This document shows positions 51,401 to 61,000 of a stretch of 64,000 nucleotides of DNA, in pieces. The DNA comes from Octopus sinensis (Eukaryota), in assembly GCF_006345805.1 (NCBI RefSeq), contig NC_043002.1, positions 83,142,001 to 83,206,000 of the forward strand, read 5' to 3'. The notes under the pieces were generated by a model. The model saw only the letters and a program-made list of their open reading frames with translations. It made no database searches and was not told the DNA's origin. The position numbers and the translations under genes were made by a program. The stretch's first letter is position 1; every line of letters starts with the position of its first letter.

Positions 51401-52049
51401 AACCACGTGCTGCCATAAAGATGGTCACTGGGAGCAAGCCACCTGAACAAGAACTAAAAATAAACGACTTTTGAATTGCACTCCTCTGTAAGCTTCTTCA
51501 TGTTCCAGATCCTTAAGACTACAGAAATAATTATAATGGGAGAAGGAGATTACTCCACAGGTATCACAAGCCTTAAAGGCAGTGAAGTGGCAATGGCGGC
51601 GAACTGGCAAAAGCGCTAGCATGCCGGCCGAAATGCTTAGTGGTATTTCGTCTGCCATTAAGTTCTGAGTTCAAATTCCGCCGAGGTCAACTTTGCCGTT
51701 CATCCTTTCGGGGTCGATGAATTAAGTACCAGTTACACACTGGGGTCCTTGTTTGTCTCCTCTCTGTTTAGACCCTTGTGGGTAGTAAAGAACTAGGTAT
51801 CATAAGCCTTCAATTCCATTATATATAATTATTCTAACTTTTCTTCTTTCATTTTTTTCCCTTTATCTCCAGGTCACTATTGGACATGGGAAAATGTGAA
51901 CTCACAGACGAAGAGATTGATGCTTTGGTGAATTCTTTTATCAAACAGACTGCGAGTGAAGATGAAGCTTACATAAACTTTGAAGAGTTTTGTAATATAA
52001 TAGCCCCACAAATAAGCAAAATGTGCAATCTATCAATTAACTGGAAAGG

Positions 52050-52092
<43 letters not shown>

Positions 52093-55000
52093 GCAACCAC
52101 ATTTTCATTGATTAGAAAACTGCCTTTGTTTCACCTGATTTTGAAAGTAATGAAATTGAGTAAAATAATTTCATCATTTTGTTTTTGGATTTGGCTTGCA
52201 AGATTCTTTAAGTGAGTTCGTGTGTTGAAGCATATTCCGTTGTAAAATAATAATAATGAAATTATTGTATACAGTGCTCAGGTGCACCACAACTTGTCAA
52301 AAGTGTGTATAAAGCATATGCAGTAATGTACAAATGTTTGGAAAGTGAACAGTGTATGAGTCAGATACATGCTTGTTGTGTGTATGGAGGGGAGAAAATC
52401 AGGTGTAGTGTTGGCAAATCTCAGGAAGCATGGAAGTTTTGAAGGATGCAGTGCTCCGACAACTAACAACTGATGCCAGCAGTCTGTTCCATGCTTCAGT
52501 AACTCTTAACGTGAAAAAATGTTTCCGAAAGTCATGGGAGCTGTGCCGTTTTCTGACTTTGTAAACATGTCTGCGGGTGTTAGACAGGTGGAGTTTGAAA
52601 AGGTGCTCAGAGTTATTGCTTGTAAGATGGTTAATAATTTTATAGGTGTCTGCCAAGTCAGCTGCCAGACATCGGAGTTTCAATGTGTCCATGCCCAGGG
52701 AAGTAAGGTGTTCAGAATTTGGCAAATGCCTGATGGAAGGTATTCTCTTGGTTGTGACTGGGGAGAGTCATTTTCTTTTTGTGCCTTATAATTTAACACA
52801 CTCACTGGTAAAATTTCCACTTCTTATCTTTATTTTCCTAAAATTTTCGTTGTGTTTTGCAACCTTTTCAATAGTGAGTGTGTTAAATTATAAGGCACAA
52901 AGAAAATGACTCTCCCCAGATACAATAGAATTTCATCATTATTTAACTGAAATTTGGAATATAACATGAAGTTTTGATGCTAGGTTTTTATTTAGATGAC
53001 TTATTTTAAACAAGTTTTTATCATAGAACCAATAATAGCCAGTGTCCAGCAGCAGTGGTTAAATTGCTGGTTATGGGATTTCTGTGCATATGTTCAACAT
53101 CAGTTACAAGTATTCACTATCAATCACATGTTTAAAAAGCTTTGCTTCTACTCATATTGAAAAAGAGTGATTAACAAATTGCTGGTGTTGTAAATAGCTG
53201 GTGGGCTATGATAATTTTGATGATGATAATTATTTTTTATCATAAGGAAAATGGATTGAATGAATTAGTAGGGCAGAATTCTTCTGATTTTCTGCATTCA
53301 CTGAGTGCCCACCCCTAGGAAGAATTACAACCGTGTTTCGTGGTCTGCAACCTCAACAGCTCCTTTATAGGATCCAGTTAGCTCAAGACATCATCAGGAG
53401 GAACCATGTCCGGTTTCAGCCCCTACTCCTCTACCGTTTTGACGTGGTGGGCCCCCTTCCCTTTCGGAGGTGTCTTCAGCTCTGGTGTTGGGTGCATGTC
53501 TTCTTTCTTCTGTTCCCTGGCCTCTTCGATGTATCGTCAGCGAGTGTCAGCCGGTGACTAACTGACTTGTCAAATTTTTCCCTTTAGATACCTGCCGCTA
53601 GGCTCCAGCAGGTAGCCCCAGCAAGTTGTCACGTGACACTGTCTCATCTTAACTGACTAGTGAAGGCGCGTAGTCTTAGCCTGCGCATTAACATTGCTCA
53701 GCTTACAGATACATGCTGAGTGTAAACCCATTTTGTAAGTGTATAGTTAATAATCTTGTCTGCCTTTCAACAAATTAATGGAGGAAAGCACTTTTCTTTC
53801 CACCTTCTGCTTCTACTTCAAGTAGATCAAAAACATCAATGAAGATTTGTGCAAATGAGAAAATTGATACTTTTGACTCTAGTACTTGAACAGTGCTTTA
53901 TTACTAGTATTTTATCAACTGTGGAGGGATAAAAGGTAAAGGACCAGAATCAAGGGTATTGGCTTATCCTTTCCCTCAAAATTGCTGATCTTGTGCCAAA
54001 ATTAGAATTTAAAAAAATTTTATAAATGTTATTATCTAAGGCAGTAAGGCTGCGAGTTGGCAAAATCCTTTAGCATGCCAGGTAAAATGATTAGCCATCC
54101 ATTTCGTCTGCCTTTATATTTGAGTTCAAATTACGCCAAGGTTGGCATTGCCTTTCATCCTTTTGGAGTCAATAAAGTAAGTACCAGTCAAGAATCGACT
54201 AGCCCCCAACCCCAAAGTTTCAGGCTTTGTGCATATAGGAGAAAGGATTATTATCTAAGACCTCAGGTTTTTTACTTCCTGAGTTCAAATCGTGCTGAGG
54301 TCAACTTTACATTTGGTCCTTTCAGGATCAATAAAATAAAGTACCAGTCAAGTACTGGGGTCAATGCAATTGATTTGCTCCTTCCTTTCAAAATTGATGA
54401 CCTTTGGTTAAAATTAGAAAGAATTATTATTCTTTGTTTTTCTAGCAAGAAGCAGTAAACTTTGTTTTGATTAAGCAGCCACAAAAAAAAAACAAAAAAA
54501 AAACTGGTGGAAATTGAAAAAAATCCTGGATATGTTCTAAGAATCTTGATTGAATTCACTCCAGAATTAACTTTAGCATTGGTCTATCCTTGGTTAATAA
54601 CATTAACACCAGCAGTATATTGTAACATAACAATAGAAGGTAGTGGGGAAACAACTCAATTAGCTATAACACTCTACGAAACATTCACTAAAAATGCTAA
54701 TTTTTGTTTTATGATATTTCTATATTTGTAGCACCCAAGGAATGTTTTCCAGGAAAGCGAAAGTAAGTCCCTATTTTTATTGTTATATCATTAATTTCTC
54801 TGAAATAGCTATCACTTCGATCCTCCCAGTCCATTATAGTGTGGATTCCTTGTGGTAATCATTGTTGTTGCAGTATGGTGGGTGGTTGTGATAGTAAAGA
54901 ATAAATGACTTTTGTTATTGTTGTAGTGGTTTCTTCCCTACTACCCAACTCTATCCAGATCAACCAAGATGCAATGTGCATGCACACATTTCAATGAGTG

Positions 55001-58000
55001 TATATTCATATTCTATTTACGGGCTCTTTCATTGGATGATATAAGACTAGATCTAGTTTAATTGTTTCAATCATCTTTTATTTTTATGTTAAGGTTTATA
55101 AGAGTCTTACATTCAATTAGATTATATATTTTTAATTGGTCAGTTTTAGTTGGTTATTGGTGCTAGTTCATTAGAAATTTAGTGAGATACAGGATTTTAT
55201 AGGGTTAGATATTAGGAATTACATTACAGTGGATTTAAAGTACATGTGAAGGACTTCTGTCAGTTTCCATTGACCAAAAACTCGCAGGGAGCTATTGCAG
55301 ACATGCCAAGGGTACCATGCTGTGGGACTGAACCAGAAATCATTTGTAAGTGAACTTTTTAACCACTCAGCCATGTCTGCACCATTGTAGTATGGTGGTG
55401 GTGGTGGTGGGGGGGGTATGCACTGTGTCCATCATTTGTTGGCAGTACCCTACTACACCCGGCAGATGACACCTTTGCACCACTCAGGCGGCAAACCTTC
55501 AATCCATGGGTCGGTTTGGATAGTCGTTGCTAGTAAGGGTTTTACGAGACTGGAGTGCAGATCCTACCTCAAACTCTTTTAGTCATCTTTTATGACACAC
55601 AGAGGAAATTTTGGGTCTATTCTTTGACATGCCATCGCAACACAGCACTAGAGGAACATAAATGAAGTGTTTTGTTCAAGAACGCAACATGCCACCTGAT
55701 CTGAGAAATGAACCAACAATCTGGCGATTGAGTGCAATACTAATTACTAAGCCACATTCCTTCACACCATTTTACAGATTAAATTTGATTTGATTGAATG
55801 GGGTTTAATTAGTTATCCTCTCATGGTTGATAAAATAAGTACTAGCCAAGCACTGGAGTTGATGTAATGGACTTGTCTCTCCTTCAACATTGCTGGCTGT
55901 GTGCCAATATTAAAAAGAGCTGATTAGTTGTTAAACAATTTTGGAAATATACTGGTCTTGCAAGTAACTTGATTTGAGACTGTGCATTGAAATTTAAACA
56001 TGTAGTGTGGAAGACTTATAATCATTGAACAACACAAAAGCTTCATTTAAACATTTACTTACTCCCAGAATTTTGGTTCCAACAACTGCGATTTGGTCAC
56101 TGACATGTTCCTACTGAAAATGGTTTGAGGCAAGGCCATGGGTCAGAAATATATAGGGTTCAGGGTTTTGAATATAATTTTTTACATCTGTAAACTATAA
56201 TTCAATCATTCTGGTTGTCATTGTCTGTTGCTCAGAGTTGGTCAGTTAACTTGGCATTTGGTTGTAACACATGTATACATATTTTTAGTCTTTTTTAAAT
56301 AAAAACCATAAAAGAATTTCTTACTTTCTCTTTTCCTTAGGAAATTATATCTTATCTTGCTCAGAGTATTTATTATTTCAGATTAAAAAATTTTTTTTTT
56401 TTCTATCTATTTCAGTTCGGAGAAAACAACTCAACAAACAGTTCCCAAACAAAATCTTGACAAACATGAGTTGCGGACGAATTTTGTATCTTTTACAAAA
56501 TATACCCCCGTTAAAGCAAAGATAATTTCAGCAAAAAATTTTGTGGAAAACTACAGACAGCACATTTTCTTTCTAATTTTACTCTACGCTTTTACCTTGG
56601 GAGTTTTTGCTGAAAGATTTTATTGTAAGTATCCATATGAATCTTTTTTCTTTCTTTTTTTCCCAAGGGTTGAAAATCATTAAAGCATTGATTCATTATG
56701 ATCCGAGTTCAAATCCTGCTGAGGTCAGTTGTGTCATCTCCCTATAATCAATAAAGTATCAGTTAAGAACAGGGGTCAACGATTTGAACTTATATCCTCT
56801 TCTTAAAAACTACTGGCTGTGTGCCTTTATTAGAAACAATTATCATTTCACCACAGATGAACTCTGAACAAATCTTTTAACAGATCTTCTGCGCATGAAC
56901 ATCTAATCTTACAGAAATAATAATTTCTTTATTGCCCACAAGGGGCTAAACATAGTGGACAAACATGGACAGACAAAGGGATTAAGTCGATTATATCAAC
57001 CCCAATGCATAACTGGTACTTAATTTATCAACCCTGAAAGGATGAAAGGCAAAGTCGACCTCAGCAGAATTTGAACTCAGGACGTAACGGCAGATGAAAT
57101 ACGGCTACGCATTTTGCCCGGCGTGCTAACGTTTCTGCCAGAAATAATGTCCAGGAAAACGTTCAGCTATGTGTTATTTTAATTTTTTTTAGGTGGTAGA
57201 GGTAGATTTGAGGGAAATTTGGCTGCTGCTTCTATCTGGCCATATCAAGGCTTCCTTTACCGTCTTATTTTCAGTGACAAGACTAATTTTTAAAAACTTG
57301 ACCACATATAAACCTAAAACAAGTTAGGACTAACCTCATGTGTTGATACTGTCTTTTTTTACTTCAGATTATTCAGTAGAAAATGAACACGTTGGCCTAC
57401 GTCGCATGATGGGTTATGGTTTGAGTGTGACTCGAGGTGCTGCAGCAAGTATGTCCTTCAATTTTAGCTTGTTGCTGCTGACAATGTGTAGAAACCTTAT
57501 AACCTTTTTGAGGGGCACATTTCTCAACATGTATATTCCGTTTGATTCAAATGTTGCTTTCCATAAATTAGTGGCCTGGAATGCACTTTTCTTCACAGGT
57601 TAGTATTCTTTTTTTTTTCCTATATGATAAATGCATTTTAGTCATTTCTTTCTATACTTTTCAATTTCATATGTATAATTGCTTTTTTAAGGATCACTTG
57701 TGCCCATGCTAGTAGGGTGCAAGTGTGATCGTTGCCAAAGCAGCCAACTGGCTTCCGTGCCAGTGGCACATAAAAGGGCACCATTTGAGCGTGATCATTA
57801 CCAAAGTCGCCTTACTGGCACCTGTGCTGGTGGCATGTATAAAAAGATTCGAGCGAGATCATTGCCAGTACTGCCTGACTGGCCCCTGTGCCATGGCATG
57901 TAAAAAGGCACCATTCGAGCATGATCATTACCAAAGTCGCCTTACTGGCACCTGTGCTGGTGGCATCTGTAAAAGGATTCGAGTGAGGTTGTTGCTAGTA

Positions 58001-61000
58001 CCACCTGACTGGCCCCCATGCCGGTGGCACGTAAAAAGCACCCACTACACTCTCGGAGTGGTTGGTATTAGGAAGGGCATCCAGCTGTAGAAACTCTGCC
58101 AAATCAAGATTGGAGCCTGGTGCAACCATCTGGTTCGCCAGCCCTCAGTCAAAATCGTCCAACCTATGCTAGCATGGAAAGCAGACGTTAAACGATGATG
58201 ATGATGTCTTAAGTATGTGTCGCAATGGTATCCAATTCTGTTGAGCGGATCAACAACATCACGATGATGTGAGATTGTATTGAGTCCTGAGCGTGAAGCA
58301 GGGTTTTCTTAATCGTTCATTACTCCGCCTTCAATGAATGTGAGAAATCCATTAAAGATCATTCTTGAGAGGTTTAATAACTTCTTAAGCGGGTCTCAAT
58401 ACTTTGAGTGATGCTCTCAATACACCAGTGCATCAGCATAGCTGCAGCCCTGAGCTGAAACTACAGAAAAAGAAAAAAAGAAATTTTGTATGGTTGAACA
58501 GGTCTTATGCAATGCATCTTCCTGCATCTTGTTGCATTCTTTTCTCATTTCCTTTGTAATGTTCAGCAGGAGTGGCTATGTGGTAAGTAGCTTGCTAACC
58601 AACCACATGGTTCCGGGTTCAGTCCCACTGCATGGTATCTTGGGCAAGTGTCTTCTGCTATAGCCCTGGGCCAACCAATGCCTTGTGAGTGGATTTGGTA
58701 GATGGAAACTGAAATAAGCCTGTCGTATATGTGTATATATATGTATGTTTGTCCCCCTGGCATTGCTTGACAACCGATGCTGGTGTGTTTGCATCCCCGT
58801 CACTTAGCGATTCGGCAAAAGAGACCGATAGAATAAGTACTTGGCTTACAAAGAATAAGTCCCGGGGTCGATTTGCTCGACTGAGGGCGGTACTCCAGCA
58901 TGGCCACAGTTGGATGACTGAAACAAGTAAAAGAGTAAGAATAATGATATTTAGTTAACTTGCAAATATTTTCAAAAATGCTTTATTTCAAATCTAATGA
59001 AATTCAGAATAGCAAAAAGAAAAAAAAAAAAAATGTTATTTTGACTTTGGGGTATCTTTTAGTAAAATAAATTCTCCAACACTCAGACTTGGTCTGTAGG
59101 ATATCACAATCCTTTAATGTCCTGAATTCCACTGCATATCTTTTGTGTGGTGCCACTGTCTACCAGAAGAGACAAATGGAAAAAAAAATTCTCAGCAGGG
59201 TTTTGCCACCTGATAAGAAGAAGGTGTTGGATGCAACAAGGTTGGGGAGAGGTGGAGAGACAAGTGAGTTGGAAGTAACTGAATGCAAGTAGTATAAGAC
59301 CAGTCAGCTGTGAGGAGCAGAGGCCATGATAATTGCATTGAAAGAGATAGAAAAAGGATACAGCATGCCTATAGGTCAGAGACTGGAGCATGTCTGTTAG
59401 TAATTGATTGAATACCATTTGATCGGCTGACCCTTTTCTGGATGTGGCTCAGGATGTGTGTGTGTGTGCATAACAGTAGTATTGTTCCAGATTTGGGAGT
59501 AATTTTTCATTGTGGGCTTCACTTAAACTCTGTAAAGTATGAGCAGCTGTTCAGAGCGGAAATGAATTCTCACTCTGAAGAAAAGGGCTGCTTTTTAAGA
59601 TGTGGTTCTATCTATGTTAAGCATTTGCTTTTGCCAGAGCATCATAATTCATACCTGCAGCACAAAGCCCATGACCACAGCTCAAATACTAGAAAAATAT
59701 TGTTCCAAAGACGTTCAAAGTGAATAGTTGTTTGTTATGTAAAACTTGTTAATTTGCTTTAATTTGTTCCTTTTGACAAAGTAACCGTTTTGATACTGTC
59801 ACTTACAACTAGCCAAAATTATGTAGCTATTTGAAAGCTAAATCAGCTATATTTATATTATATTGTAGGGTGGTGGATTGGCAGAATTATTACAACATTG
59901 GACTAAATGCCTTGCTATATTTGATCTAGCTCTTTATGTTCTGAGTTCAAACCCTACTGATGCTGACCTTTTATTTCATCCCTCTACAGTCAATAAAATA
60001 CGCTAGTCAATTTCAGGGGTGGGGGCATGTAATTAACTAACACCTCACCCTACAAAACTTCTGGCATTGTGCCTAAATTAAAAATAATTTTATTACATTG
60101 TAATATTGTTATCTCAACTAGGACCAAAGCTGTTAGTTATAATTACCATAGAACCTCTTTGAAGTCATTGAAAATTCATTTCCCAAACTTGCAAACTAAC
60201 CATTTACTAAATCATGTTTTTATATTTAACAGCACTACATGTAATTGGATATGGCTTCAATTTCTATCACGTTGCCACTCAACCTTCAGCCCTTTTATGT
60301 ATATTTCGAAATATTGTCTTCAGGTAAGAAAATTCTGCTACTGAAAACAAACTGGTATATTATACAAATAAAATTGAAGTTCATTGAAGTTCATTTTAAA
60401 ATTGTAAATTTATATTGTGCTTCTTTTTAAAATATATGTGAATAAATACATGAATAGATTTTAATATATGAATAATTAAAGCTAATTTTCAAAATAGTAC
60501 TTGTTTTCAAAAGCATAATAAAAAAAATAATTTTTCTATTTTTTCCACAGATCTGATTACTTACCCAAATTTCACTTTTGGGTTTTTGGAAACATTACTG
60601 GTAAGAACTCTTCTCTTGAATTTTTACTAAAGATATCTTTTAACTTAAATTTTCTTTTATTTAGTTGCAAATAATATCAGATTAATGTTATATCTTTCTC
60701 CAAATTAGTGGAATTTTTCAAAATTGTGTGTTTGTGTGTATGTTTGTATGTTTGTGTGTGTGTTTACACACATATATGTCTGTATAATATATGAGTGCAT
60801 GTGTATGTGTGTATAATATACGTGTGTGTGTGTGTGTGTGTATAATAAATACAATGTATGTGTATAAAAAATGTGTCTATTGTAAATGTGTGTATGTAAT
60901 ATGTGTATGTGTGTGTGTATAATGTGTGTATATAATGTATGTGTGTGTGTATTATGCGTGTGTGTGTGTGTGTGTATCATAAGTGAAATTATGCTAAATA

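Noticed and set aside
53324-53362. Hammerhead-like motif on the minus strand (CTGTTGA...GAAAC)
   Set aside because: Core mutated, stem II incomplete, no stem I pairing
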